Shown here: positions 30,061-39,719 of the stretch, piece by piece | Layout: each line of letters begins with the position of its first letter | Position numbering within the stretch: the first letter of the stretch is position 1 | Sequence record: OR887633 | DNA from: Shigella phage vb_GEC_SH_GT | Length of the DNA stretch: 64,000 nucleotides | Reading direction: 5' to 3' (one strand) | Program-made: the position numbers and the translations under genes | Notes under the pieces: generated by a model | The model's input: only the letters and a program-made list of their open reading frames with translations | Told to the model about the DNA's origin: nothing | Databases searched by the model: none

Positions 30061-30066
30061 CTTGTC

Positions 30067-30142
30067 TGGTCGAGGCAGTAGGGATCGAACCTACGACCCA
30101 GGACTTAGAAGGTCCTTGCTCTTCCTTCTGAGCTATGCCTCG
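30067..30142 (-). tRNA. tRNA-Arg (anticodon UCU)
   Basis: Revcomp folds as a cloverleaf: acceptor CGAGGCA/TGCCTCG, anticodon loop CTTCTAA, T-loop TTCGATC, CCA encoded. Confidence 0.8.
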
Positions 30143-30146
30143 TATT

Positions 30147-30221
30147 TGGCGGACGTGATAGGATTCGAACCTATAACCAATCGCTTAACAGGCGATCGCT
30201 CTGCCATTGAGCTACACATCC
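30147..30221 (-). tRNA. tRNA-Asn (anticodon GUU)
   Basis: Acceptor GGATGTG/CACGTCC, anticodon stem ATCGC/GCGAT, loop CTGTTAA, T-loop TTCGAAT, CCA encoded. Confidence 0.7.
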
Positions 30222-30225
30222 AAAT

Positions 30226-30312
30226 TGGTGGGGAGTGATGGAGTCGAACCACCCGAGTCGCAATGACAATGGATTTACAGTCCACACCGCTACCTCTACG
30301 GGATAACTCCCC
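30226..30312 (-). tRNA. Type-II tRNA, probably tRNA-Tyr (anticodon GUA)
   Basis: Acceptor GGGGAGT/ACTCCCC, anticodon loop CTGTAAA, long variable arm; D-arm pairing irregular. Confidence 0.55.
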
Positions 30313-30321
30313 AAATTAATT

Positions 30322-30396
30322 TGGTGGCCCTGGGTGGAATTGAACCACCATCTGGCGATTATGAGTCGCTTGCTTGAACCTTCCAGCTACAGGGCC
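30322..30396 (-). tRNA. tRNA with CAU anticodon (Met, or Ile if lysidine-modified)
   Basis: Acceptor GGCCCTG/CAGGGCC, anticodon loop CTCATAA, T-loop TTCAATT. Confidence 0.75.
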
Positions 30397-30397
30397 T

Positions 30398-30473
30398 TGG
30401 TGCTGATTGACGGAATCGAACCGCCGACGTCCTCATTACAAGTGAGGTGCTCTACCTACTGAGCTAAATCAGC
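30398..30473 (-). tRNA. tRNA-Thr (anticodon UGU)
   Basis: Acceptor GCTGATT/AATCAGC, anticodon loop CTTGTAA, T-loop TTCGATT. Confidence 0.85.
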
Positions 30474-30478
30474 AAAAC

Positions 30479-30568
30479 TGGCGGAGGCGATAGGATTTGA
30501 ACCTATGAGTCGCCGGAGCGACTGCCGATTTTCAAGACCGGTGCATTAAACCACTCTGCCACGCCTCC
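30479..30568 (-). tRNA. tRNA-Ser (anticodon UGA), type II
   Basis: Acceptor GGAGGCG/CGCCTCC, anticodon loop CTTGAAA, long variable arm, T-loop TTCAAAT. Confidence 0.8.
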
Positions 30569-30570
30569 AG

Positions 30571-30644
30571 TCTCCGCGGCAGGATTTGAACCTGCGACAT
30601 TCTGCTCCCAAAGCAGACGCTCTACCAAACTGAGCTACACGGAG
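30571..30644 (-). tRNA. tRNA-Pro (anticodon UGG), CCA not encoded
   Basis: Acceptor CTCCGTG/CGCGGAG, anticodon loop TTTGGGA, T-loop TTCAAAT. Confidence 0.8.
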
Positions 30645-30654
30645 TAAATTAAAT

Positions 30655-30728
<74 letters not shown>

Positions 30729-30733
30729 AAATT

Positions 30734-30820
30734 TGGTGCGAGAAGTGGGACTCGAACCCACAAGGAAATCATTCCGCAGCATTTTAAGTGCTGTGCCTTT
30801 ACCAATTTGACCATTCTCGC
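30734..30820 (-). tRNA. tRNA-Leu (anticodon UAA), type II
   Basis: Acceptor GCGAGAA/TTCTCGC, anticodon stem CAGCA/TGCTG, loop CTTAAAA, long variable arm. Confidence 0.8.
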
Positions 30821-30826
30821 GCTATA

Positions 30827-31459
30827 TTATTTATTACGTGAAAAAGACTGTTCTATCAATTCTGGACACTTTCGTTCTATCCATTTTCTAGCTTTTTGTG
30901 GGCTTATACCTATTATTTTAGCAGCTTTACTAACCCATCCAAATTTAGAATAATCGATTTTAACTAATTCTTCGTAAATTTCATCAGTTAAAATCTTTTC
31001 ATTAATATTTACCAGTAAATGATATAATTTATTATCATTAGCAATTTTAATGAATCTTTTATAGTTTCCGCCTTTACTTAAACCTAATGAAGTAATTGCA
31101 GATGATATAGTAGCTGAATTTAATAGTGCGTTTAAAATTTCTTCATCACTAACATTATAACGCTTTTTATTATTTTTAATATTTTTACCAGCAAAAGTAT
31201 CAGTTTGCGAATGGCAATTTGGACATAATAATCTTAAATTTGATTTAAGATGATTTTTATTATTTCCATCAATGTGGTCTAATTGCAGAACAATATGCTT
31301 ATTTTGCCATTTTGAAATTTTACAAATTGCACACTCATATGGAAAAATATTTTCTTTTATTATTTTGTCTTTCAGCTTTCCTGTACTAAAATTTGGATGT
31401 TTTCCTTCAAAAATTTCAGCTAATTTAGTATCCATAATATAATTCCCAATTATTAACAA
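30827..31459 (-). CDS. HNH endonuclease (putative homing endonuclease) flanking the tRNA cluster
   Basis: 210 aa; HIDGNNKNHLKSNLRLLCPNCH HNH motif with Cys pairs. Confidence 0.75.
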   Translation of the reverse strand: MLIIGNYIMDTKLAEIFEGKHPNFSTGKLKDKIIKENIFPYECAICKISKWQNKHIVLQLDHIDGNNKNHLKSNLRLLCPNCHSQTDTFAGKNIKNNKKRYNVSDEEILNALLNSATISSAITSLGLSKGGNYKRFIKIANDNKLYHLLVNINEKILTDEIYEELVKIDYSKFGWVSKAAKIIGISPQKARKWIERKCPELIEQSFSRNK

Positions 31460-31545
31460 AGGCTCTCAAACAAGAACCCTTGATGATAGAGGGTATTAAT
31501 CAGTGCGGTATGAGTTAATAATAACAAATAATTCTTAAAGCATAT

Positions 31546-31833
31546 TTACCATTTATGATGATACGTATTTACGATACATTCAAGACCCAAAGGATTCTTG
31601 AAAATATCATATTCAAGAGGACCTTTTTCTGTTTCAATAAAGAAATCAAAATTTACTGTATTAAATTTACGGTCTTCCTTCACTAATTTAACCTGAGAAG
31701 ATGAACGGTCAATGTAAACCTTTTCAACTTCAAAACATGTTAAAATGCCATAATCATCAATCAAGGCTTTAGCTGCTTCTTGATCATATTTATATCCATT
31801 TTCAATGGATGATACTTTAGCATAAAGAATCAT
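31546..31833 (-). CDS. Hypothetical protein
   Basis: 95 aa ORF. Confidence 0.5.
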   Translation of the reverse strand: MILYAKVSSIENGYKYDQEAAKALIDDYGILTCFEVEKVYIDRSSSQVKLVKEDRKFNTVNFDFFIETEKGPLEYDIFKNPLGLECIVNTYHHKW

Positions 31834-31835
31834 TA

Positions 31836-32246
31836 TCAGCCTCTATCAACAATAGCATGAGTATGGGCATTTACGATTTGCCACCAGTCGAAACGATTGG
31901 AACCATAATCTGGTTTATTTTCATTTTCTTTAATGATATCACGCAGTTTATCTTCTGTTTCAGCATACGCAATTAAATCATCATATCCACCACAAGGATA
32001 ATAATTATCACCTGCGAATAAAAGAAAATTTACCTTAGATGGATTTACGTAATAATGGTCTTTAGGATATTTAGTTCCTCTCCAATCAGTTACTTCAACA
32101 TAACGATAAGAAAATCCATTTTTACTTTCAATCCAACTCCACGCTTCAAAAGGAGTATTAAAAACTTTATCAGGTATTAAATTACCTTCAAAATGAGAAG
32201 GATTTGCATAATCCCCGGCATAAACATAATATTCGTTAATACTCAT
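31836..32246 (-). CDS. Hypothetical protein
   Basis: 136 aa, aromatic-rich ORF. Confidence 0.5.
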   Translation of the reverse strand: MSINEYYVYAGDYANPSHFEGNLIPDKVFNTPFEAWSWIESKNGFSYRYVEVTDWRGTKYPKDHYYVNPSKVNFLLFAGDNYYPCGGYDDLIAYAETEDKLRDIIKENENKPDYGSNRFDWWQIVNAHTHAIVDRG

Positions 32247-32432
32247 TTATTCACCTTTAGAAATTTTATCCATAACGATAGCGATTAAACCAATTAAAAA
32301 TGCTACTACAAGTGAAAACACATTTTCTGCTGTAGTTAATAATCCGCATATAAATCCAACAAACATTGAAAAACTAAAAGCGGAAGCAGAAATTGCAATA
32401 GCAACATTTCGAATTAATTCACAGCGTTTCAT
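32247..32432 (-). CDS. Small membrane protein
   Basis: Start at MKRCELIRN after the promoter; hydrophobic helices. Confidence 0.45.
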   Translation of the reverse strand: MKRCELIRNVAIAISASAFSFSMFVGFICGLLTTAENVFSLVVAFLIGLIAIVMDKISKGE

Positions 32433-32460
32433 TTTATTCTCCTCAGTAGTTGATAGGGTA

Positions 32461-32492
32461 ATAGTATCACTACTAAAACCCAATGTAAACAA
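32461..32492 (-). promoter_or_regulatory. T4-type early promoter (near-identical cassette copy 1)
   Basis: gtaatagtatcactac ... tgtaaaca; shares about 40 nt with two other copies. Confidence 0.55.
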
Positions 32493-32493
32493 T

Positions 32494-32718
32494 TTATTCA
32501 ACACCAGCAGCTTTCAAAAGTTTTTTAAGATTGGCAACACCTTGAGCAGAAAATGTGACCTTGCCACCTTTTTCACTGATAGAACCAACCAATTTAGCAA
32601 GTTTATCATTAGGAATTTTTTTAAAATCAGCCAATGTTCCATCAAAGGTTTTTGAAACAAAAGGCAGTTCATCTTCACGTCTTTTAGCTTCTACAATAAA
32701 TTCTTTAAATGTTTTCAT
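32494..32718 (-). CDS. Internal-protein-like head protein with capsid-targeting leader
   Basis: Start at MKTFKEFIVEAKRR...; 74 aa. Confidence 0.65.
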   Translation of the reverse strand: MKTFKEFIVEAKRREDELPFVSKTFDGTLADFKKIPNDKLAKLVGSISEKGGKVTFSAQGVANLKKLLKAAGVE

Positions 32719-32754
32719 TTTATTCTCCAATTTCACATTTGTTTTGATAGGGTA

Positions 32755-32786
32755 ATAGTATCACTACTAAAACCCTATGTAAACAA
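32755..32786 (-). promoter_or_regulatory. T4-type early promoter (cassette copy 2)
   Basis: gtaatagtatcactactaaaaccctatgtaaacaactttgtgaaa. Confidence 0.55.
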
Positions 32787-32802
32787 CTTTGTGAAATATT
32801 TA

Positions 32803-33093
32803 TTACAAAAGATTTTTAGCAATAATCTTGAGATGTGCCGCAGAAATGTGTTTAGCTTTAAACAACGCAGTTTCTTCAGCAGGAGAGATAACGATTGTAG
32901 CACCATCCTTTTTAGCAGACCACCCATCACCTAGGTAAACAGTACCTTTGATTTCTTCGCCATCAACCAGACTAATCATTGGTTTACCTTCTCGTCCTTT
33001 ATTTGCTTTAATAACTTCAGAAGTAAGAGTAGCTTCGGTAATGGTAGAAACCGGGGTAGTTGTAGTAGAAGTAAATTCTTTAAATGTTTTCAT
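32803..33093 (-). CDS. Internal-protein-like head protein with capsid-targeting leader
   Basis: Starts MKTFKEFTSTTTTPV...; 96 aa. Confidence 0.65.
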   Translation of the reverse strand: MKTFKEFTSTTTTPVSTITEATLTSEVIKANKGREGKPMISLVDGEEIKGTVYLGDGWSAKKDGATIVISPAEETALFKAKHISAAHLKIIAKNLL

Positions 33094-33123
33094 TTTATTT
33101 TCCTAATTAATTTTGATGAGGTA

Positions 33124-33154
33124 ATAGTATCACTACCTCATCAGTATGTAAACA
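33124..33154 (-). promoter_or_regulatory. T4-type early promoter (cassette copy 3)
   Basis: gtaatagtatcactacc ... tgtaaacaactttgtgaaa. Confidence 0.55.
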
Positions 33155-33165
33155 ACTTTGTGAAA

Positions 33166-33862
<697 letters not shown>

Positions 33863-33863
<1 letters not shown>

Positions 33864-34576
33864 TATAGTACCTTTAGTGTATTTTTAATTTTAGAAAAAA
33901 GTTCTTCAAGAGAACCATCGTTTGTAATTACTAAATCGCCATCACGAATTGGCAATCCAGCTTCTGTAATATGAGTATCATTGGATTTTTGACCAGGACG
34001 AACTACATGAATTACTGTAGCACCCATCGCCCTAGCCGCATCCATTTCATGATCTTGACGAGTATCAGGAACGATATAATAATCATAACCTGAGTTAAAT
34101 TTATCAAGATAATCTAAAGCAAATAATTTTACCCAATACATGCGGTCGAAGTTATTAACAATCAAATCCGTACCTAGGGCTTGCATCAGACGACGGACTG
34201 ACCATTGATCTTCAATATTATTTATAACGTCAGCAATCTTGTTAAATGCTACGAAATTAACTGCGTCATCAAAAACAAACACACCCTTAATTGGGCTTTT
34301 ACCGTTAAGATAGCAAAATGCTTGTTCCATAATCGTGATTACTTCTGATTTAGTCAGATTTAAATTAGTCTCACGATCATAGTCAATTCCTTCAAACTCT
34401 TTACGAGTTAAGCAAGGATAGTCAGTGTTTGCTGCAAATACACCCCATGCATAAGCCAATGCATCCTTAATAGGACCAGCAAGTTGATATTTAACTGCAG
34501 AATAATTATTCATGATAAAATCTGCAGTAGTATCTTTTCCACTACGCTTTACACCACTTAAAAAGATTAGTTTCAT
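33863..34576 (-). CDS. 1: Deoxynucleoside monophosphate kinase
   Basis: 237 aa; P-loop GVKRSGKDT; matches recalled T4 gp1. Confidence 0.88.
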
Positions 34577-34625
34577 ATGTTTCTCCTCAAATTTAGTTAA
34601 GATTATAACACATGAAACTGAAGCA

Positions 34626-35156
34626 TTAAACTTCTGCTATAATTTTGCCATCTTTTTCTACTTGAAAATACGTATAAGGAATCGTTGCTGTACATACTAA
34701 AGCTGGGTCTGAATCTTCCGTGTAGCTAAATTCTACTTCAGACAGGTCAGAAACCCAAGGCTTATAAAAATTTATTGACATCACGATTTCAGTTTTACTG
34801 TTGTCTAAAATGTAAAGCGTAATGTATTCGGGACCAGTTTTTTGGGCAGTATTTTCGCCTGTAAGATAGTTACTAGTTCCTAGCATCCATTCATACATTC
34901 CTATCCACGACTTAAGCTCTTCATCAACTATAAATCTCACGATGAGTGGGTCGTACTCAAATGTAACACCTGGACGTTGTGCTCGGCCCAGTCCAAACGG
35001 CCCAGTCACGGTATCAGTAACAGGTATCCTAATTCCCGGAATAGGAACTGACTGAGCATTTAAAGTAAAAGCAGATGTAGTATTACTATGTGGTATTGAT
35101 ACTACAAAGTTAGTTGTATTTGCTTGGTTAAAAATTTGCTGTAGTGCTTGCGACAT
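34626..35156 (-). CDS. 3: Tail tube terminator / tail completion protein gp3
   Basis: Start at MSQALQQIF gives 176 aa, the T4 gp3 length; ORF track extends further upstream. Confidence 0.8.
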   Translation of the reverse strand: MSQALQQIFNQANTTNFVVSIPHSNTTSAFTLNAQSVPIPGIRIPVTDTVTGPFGLGRAQRPGVTFEYDPLIVRFIVDEELKSWIGMYEWMLGTSNYLTGENTAQKTGPEYITLYILDNSKTEIVMSINFYKPWVSDLSEVEFSYTEDSDPALVCTATIPYTYFQVEKDGKIIAEV

Positions 35157-35262
35157 ATATTCCTCATAATGCTTCATAAATGTTGGTGGTATAATGGGTC
35201 TAAGTCCCTTCCATTCAATTCCAATTAGAACAAACAATAGAAAAGAATGGAAGATAATAGAA

Positions 35263-36087
35263 TTAGATATTTGACCAGACTTTGTTTGCAGAGAAACGTT
35301 TTCCTTTTGAAACGAACTGCTGAAGTGGCATTAACACAACGTTCGCCCAGTCTTTCGGGGCGATTTCAACAAGGCTACCCATAATATTACCAGGTATATA
35401 TGCCTTAATCATTTGGTCTGCACCCCTAAATCCTTTCACTTGACTCCAATCAATTTTTAATTTCGTTTTATTAGTAATAGTAGGCGTATTTGAATATTGC
35501 TTTAAAAGCTCTTCTAGAAATTGCTGACGAGCTTTAGGTGGAATATAGTGCAAGTTCAATCCATACATTAAATTATGTTTACCTAAACCAAGGTAAATTA
35601 TCAAAGGAAATTTATCCCAATAAGGAAGAGTTTCCTTGTGTTTAGCATCATAAGCAAAAGCATATATTCGTCCCGGCTGCGGGCGAACAACTTTATGTCC
35701 TTTTACCTGCTTAATAGTTTCAGCAAACCACTTTCTGGTTTTATTATTAATTGCTGCACCTTCATTACGAATTTTATCACGCAATGTTTGTCTGAATGAA
35801 TTTATCATAAGCAGTTGTCTTTCTTGCTTATTGAGTTTATTCATTGGTTTTGATTCAAGCTTTTGAATCTTTTCAGCCGTTTTAATTCCTGAAGCATATT
35901 TTGACATTGCTGAAGTAAACGTAGAGTATTTGATTCCTCTTTCTTCAGCAAATTGCTTTCCTGTCATTCCTTTTGCTTTGGCCTTTTTGTATTCAAGACC
36001 TATCTGAATCCATTTCTTTTCGTTTAATGATTGCTTAACCTTTGGAACTTGGGGAGTGCTTTCATTAATTATTTGAAAAATAGCCAT
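35263..36087 (-). CDS. 2: DNA end protector protein gp2
   Basis: 274 aa basic protein at the gene 2 position. Confidence 0.8.
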   Translation of the reverse strand: MAIFQIINESTPQVPKVKQSLNEKKWIQIGLEYKKAKAKGMTGKQFAEERGIKYSTFTSAMSKYASGIKTAEKIQKLESKPMNKLNKQERQLLMINSFRQTLRDKIRNEGAAINNKTRKWFAETIKQVKGHKVVRPQPGRIYAFAYDAKHKETLPYWDKFPLIIYLGLGKHNLMYGLNLHYIPPKARQQFLEELLKQYSNTPTITNKTKLKIDWSQVKGFRGADQMIKAYIPGNIMGSLVEIAPKDWANVVLMPLQQFVSKGKRFSANKVWSNI

Positions 36088-36539
36088 TATGCCCCCTTAA
36101 AGCCAAGAGCTCGTAATCCATCTTCTGTTAGAATTCTAAATTTTATTCCACGCTTTTCAGCTAAAGATTGTGCTGCTTTCCATTTGTCAGTATTAACGGA
36201 ATATGTATAAATTTCATTCATAAATCTTTTCTTCGCTGCGGTTGTTAGATGTGCCGGTTTAACTGGTGGTTGTGTTTCTTTTTTAGGTTTTATTTCAATA
36301 AAAAATTCTTGTCCAGAAGAATCTTTCATCCAAATATCCATGAAGTATCTACGTTTTTTCCCTTCTGCATTACAAAAATAAGGAATTACTGCTGTTTCAC
36401 TACCCCATGCAATAATTTCTGGATTTTTATCTAACCATTCAAAAAAGAATTTTTCCCAATTTGATCTATACGTAATTTTTTTAGGGTCACCTCTATATTT
36501 TGATATATTTTTAGGAACCCATTTTCCAGAATATGCCAT
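36087..36539 (-). CDS. 4: Head completion protein gp4
   Basis: 150 aa; conserved position and length. Confidence 0.8.
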   Translation of the reverse strand: MAYSGKWVPKNISKYRGDPKKITYRSNWEKFFFEWLDKNPEIIAWGSETAVIPYFCNAEGKKRRYFMDIWMKDSSGQEFFIEIKPKKETQPPVKPAHLTTAAKKRFMNEIYTYSVNTDKWKAAQSLAEKRGIKFRILTEDGLRALGFKGA

Positions 36540-36550
36540 TGGATTCTCCT

Positions 36551-36558
36551 TATAAATA
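36551..36558 (+). promoter_or_regulatory. Late promoter TATAAATA for gene 53
   Basis: Exact TATAAATA about 30 nt upstream of the gp53 ATG. Confidence 0.6.
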
Positions 36559-36566
36559 GATAATAT

Positions 36567-36574
36567 ATTTATAA
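36567..36574 (-). promoter_or_regulatory. Possible divergent late promoter for gene 4
   Basis: tatttata on plus strand is TATAAATA on minus, upstream of the gp4 start. Confidence 0.35.
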
Positions 36575-36586
36575 ACAGGAGGGCCC

Positions 36587-37177
36587 ATGCTCTTTACATT
36601 TTTTGATCCGATTGAATATGCGGCCAAAACGGTGAATAAAAACGCGCCGACTATTCCTATGACAGATATTTTTAGAAACTATAAAGACTATTTCAAACGC
36701 GCTCTTGCGGGATATCGCTTACGCACTTATTATATCAAAGGTTCACCACGCCCGGAAGAATTAGCAAATGCTATATATGGAAATCCGCAGTTGTATTGGG
36801 TTTTATTGATGTGTAATGATAATTATGATCCGTATTATGGATGGATTACTTCACAAGAAGCTGCTTATCAAGCATCTATACAAAAATACAAAAATGTAGG
36901 TGGAGACCAAATAGTATATCATGTGAATGAAAACGGTGAAAAATTTTATAATTTAATATCATACGATGATAATCCATATGTTTGGTATGACAAAGGCGAT
37001 AAAGCTAGAAAATATCCTCAATATGAAGGAGCACTTGCCGCGGTCGATACGTATGAAGCTGCTGTTCTTGAAAATGAAAAACTTCGTCAAATAAAAATAA
37101 TAGCAAAATCAGACATCAATTCATTTATGAACGACCTTATACGTATAATGGAGAAATCTTATGGAAATGATAAGTAA
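36587..37177 (+). CDS. 53: Baseplate wedge protein gp53
   Basis: 196 aa; first plus-strand late gene. Confidence 0.85.
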   Translation: MLFTFFDPIEYAAKTVNKNAPTIPMTDIFRNYKDYFKRALAGYRLRTYYIKGSPRPEELANAIYGNPQLYWVLLMCNDNYDPYYGWITSQEAAYQASIQKYKNVGGDQIVYHVNENGEKFYNLISYDDNPYVWYDKGDKARKYPQYEGALAAVDTYEAAVLENEKLRQIKIIAKSDINSFMNDLIRIMEKSYGNDK

Positions 37178-38888
37178 TAACCTTAATTGGTTTGTTGGTG
37201 TTGTTGAAGATAGAATGGACCCATTAAAATTAGGTCGTGTTCGTGTTCGTGTGGTTGGTCTGCATCCACCTCAAAGAGCGCAAGGCGACGTAATGGGTAT
37301 TCCAACCGATAAATTGCCATGGATGTCAGTTATTCAACCTATAACTTCTGCAGCAATGTCTGGAATTGGAGGTTCCGTTACTGGACCAGTAGAAGGAACT
37401 AGAGTTTATGGTCATTTTTTAGACAAATGGAAAACTAACGGAATTGTCCTTGGCACGTATGGTGGAATAGTTCGCGAAAAGCCTAATAGACTTGAAGGAT
37501 TTTCTGACCCGACTGGACAGTATCCTAGACGTCTAGGAAATGATACTAACGTATTAAACCAAGGCGGAGAAGTAGGATATGATTCGTCTTCTAATATTAT
37601 CCAAGATAGTAATCTAGACACTGCGATAAATCCCGATGATAGACCGCTATCAGAGATTCCAACTGATGATAATCCAAATATGTCAATGGCTGAAATGCTT
37701 CGCCGCGATGAAGGATTAAGACTAAAAGTTTATTGGGATACCGAAGGATATCCGACAATTGGTATTGGTCATCTTATCATGAAGCAGTCAGTTCGTGATA
37801 TGGCCCAAATTAATAAAGTTTTATCAAAACAGGTTGGTCGTGAAATTACCGGAAATCCAGGTTCTATTACAATGGAAGAAGCGGTAACTTTATTTGAACG
37901 TGATTTAGCTGATATGCAACGCGACATTAAATCACATTCTAAAGTTGGCCCAGTTTGGCAAGCGGTTAATCGTTCTCGTCAAATGGCATTAGAAAATATG
38001 GCATTTCAGATGGGCGTTGGCGGTGTAGCTAAATTTAACACAATGTTAACTGCTATGTTAGCCGGAGATTGGGAAAAAGCATATAAAGCTGGTCGTGATT
38101 CATTGTGGTATCAACAAACAAAAGGCCGTGCATCCCGTGTTACCATGATTATTCTTACCGGTAATTTGGAATCATACGGTATTGAAGTGAAAACACCGGC
38201 TAGGTCTTTGTCAGCAATGGCTGCTGCTGTAGCAAAGTCTTCTGATCCAGCTGACCCTCCTATTCCGAATGATTCGAGAATTTTATTCAAAGAACCTGTT
38301 TCTTCATATAAAGGTGAATATCCTTATGTTCACACAATGGAAACTGAAAGCGGTCATATTCAGGAATTTGACGATACCCCGGGACAAGAACGATACAGAT
38401 TAGTTCATCCGACTGGAACATATGAGGAAGTATCACCGTCAGGAAGAAGAACAAGAAAAACTGTTGATAATTTGTATGATATAACAAATGCTGATGGTAA
38501 TTTTTTAGTAGCCGGCGATAAAAAGACTAACGTCGGTGGATCAGAAATTTATTACAACATGGATAATCGTCTTCACCAAATAGATGGAAGCAATACGATA
38601 TTTGTGCGTGGCGATGAAACTAAGACAGTTGAAGGTAATGGAACTATCCTAGTTAAAGGTAATGTTACTATTGTAGTTGAAGGTAATGCTGACATTACAG
38701 TTAAAGGAGATGCTACTACTTTAGTTGAAGGAAATCAGACTAATACAGTAAATGGAAATCTTTCTTGGAAAGTTGCTGGGACAGTTGATTGGGACGTTGG
38801 TGGTGATTGGACAGAAAAAATGGCATCTATGAGTTCTATTTCATCTGGTCAATACACAATTGATGGATCGAGGATTGACATTGGCTAA
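37161..38888 (+). CDS. 5: Baseplate hub / cell-puncturing protein with lysozyme domain gp5
   Basis: 575 aa; lysozyme module EMLRRDEGLRLKVYWDTEGYPTIGIGHL and C-terminal VxGxxxxx beta-helix repeats. Confidence 0.92.
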   Translation: MEMISNNLNWFVGVVEDRMDPLKLGRVRVRVVGLHPPQRAQGDVMGIPTDKLPWMSVIQPITSAAMSGIGGSVTGPVEGTRVYGHFLDKWKTNGIVLGTYGGIVREKPNRLEGFSDPTGQYPRRLGNDTNVLNQGGEVGYDSSSNIIQDSNLDTAINPDDRPLSEIPTDDNPNMSMAEMLRRDEGLRLKVYWDTEGYPTIGIGHLIMKQSVRDMAQINKVLSKQVGREITGNPGSITMEEAVTLFERDLADMQRDIKSHSKVGPVWQAVNRSRQMALENMAFQMGVGGVAKFNTMLTAMLAGDWEKAYKAGRDSLWYQQTKGRASRVTMIILTGNLESYGIEVKTPARSLSAMAAAVAKSSDPADPPIPNDSRILFKEPVSSYKGEYPYVHTMETESGHIQEFDDTPGQERYRLVHPTGTYEEVSPSGRRTRKTVDNLYDITNADGNFLVAGDKKTNVGGSEIYYNMDNRLHQIDGSNTIFVRGDETKTVEGNGTILVKGNVTIVVEGNADITVKGDATTLVEGNQTNTVNGNLSWKVAGTVDWDVGGDWTEKMASMSSISSGQYTIDGSRIDIG

Positions 38889-39417
38889 TATACTTCCAAT
38901 GAGCGCTGATTTAGGAGAATCCATGGAAGGTTCTTCTATCGACGTCACCTTTACCGCTCAATTAGAAACAGGTGAAACGTTAGTATCTATAAATATAACT
39001 AGTTACGAAGAAACTCCTGGGGTTTTAGTAGAAGAAAATCGTTTATATGGAACGTATGAATCTGTATTTGGATTTGGAAATGATGCGTTGAAATATCGTT
39101 TAGATAATGAATTTAAAACCGCTGCTTCATGGGAAGACCTTCCAACTGATTCTAATACTCAGTTATATCTATGGAAAGCTCCTCAAAACCTCCAGAAGAC
39201 ATTCACTTACGAAGTAACATTAATATATGACTACCAAGAACAAAGTGAATCTGGAGGTTCTGGCAGTAATTCTAGGTCATCTTCTGATACTACTGAACCA
39301 ACGAATCCTCCAGCTCCAATAAGAAAAACTATTGTTAAAAATTACACAAAAACTATAGTTGGAAATTGGAGTCGTTGGGCTAATAAATTGAGAAGCTACG
39401 TGTATGAGAGGCCATAA
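38860..39417 (+). CDS. Baseplate-region protein (5.1 position), start uncertain
   Basis: 185 aa ORF overlapping the gp5 end; alternative start at 38899. Confidence 0.55.
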
Positions 39418-39711
39418 ATGTCAGGATTAAGTTATGATAAATGTGTTACTGCCGGCCATGAAGCATGGCCTCCAACAGTTGTGAATGCTACACAAAGTAA
39501 AGTATTCACTGGAGGAATTGCTGTTCTCGTAGCAGGTGATCCAATTACAGAACATACAGAAATTAAAAAGCCATATGAAACACATGGCGGAGTGACACAA
39601 CCTAGAACTTCTAAGGTATATGTCACTGGAAAGAAAGCTGTTCAAATGGCTGATCCAATATCATGCGGTGATACAGTGGCTCAGGCATCATCTAAAGTAT
39701 TCATTAAATAG
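39418..39711 (+). CDS. 5.4: PAAR-type spike tip protein gp5.4
   Basis: 97 aa, position between genes 5 and 6. Confidence 0.8.
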
Positions 39712-39719
39712 GATTTAAA

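Noticed and set aside
30821-30830. Expected tRNA-Gln at the transcription-proximal end of the tRNA cluster
   Set aside because: No tRNA-like fold between tRNA-Leu and the HNH gene; not called.
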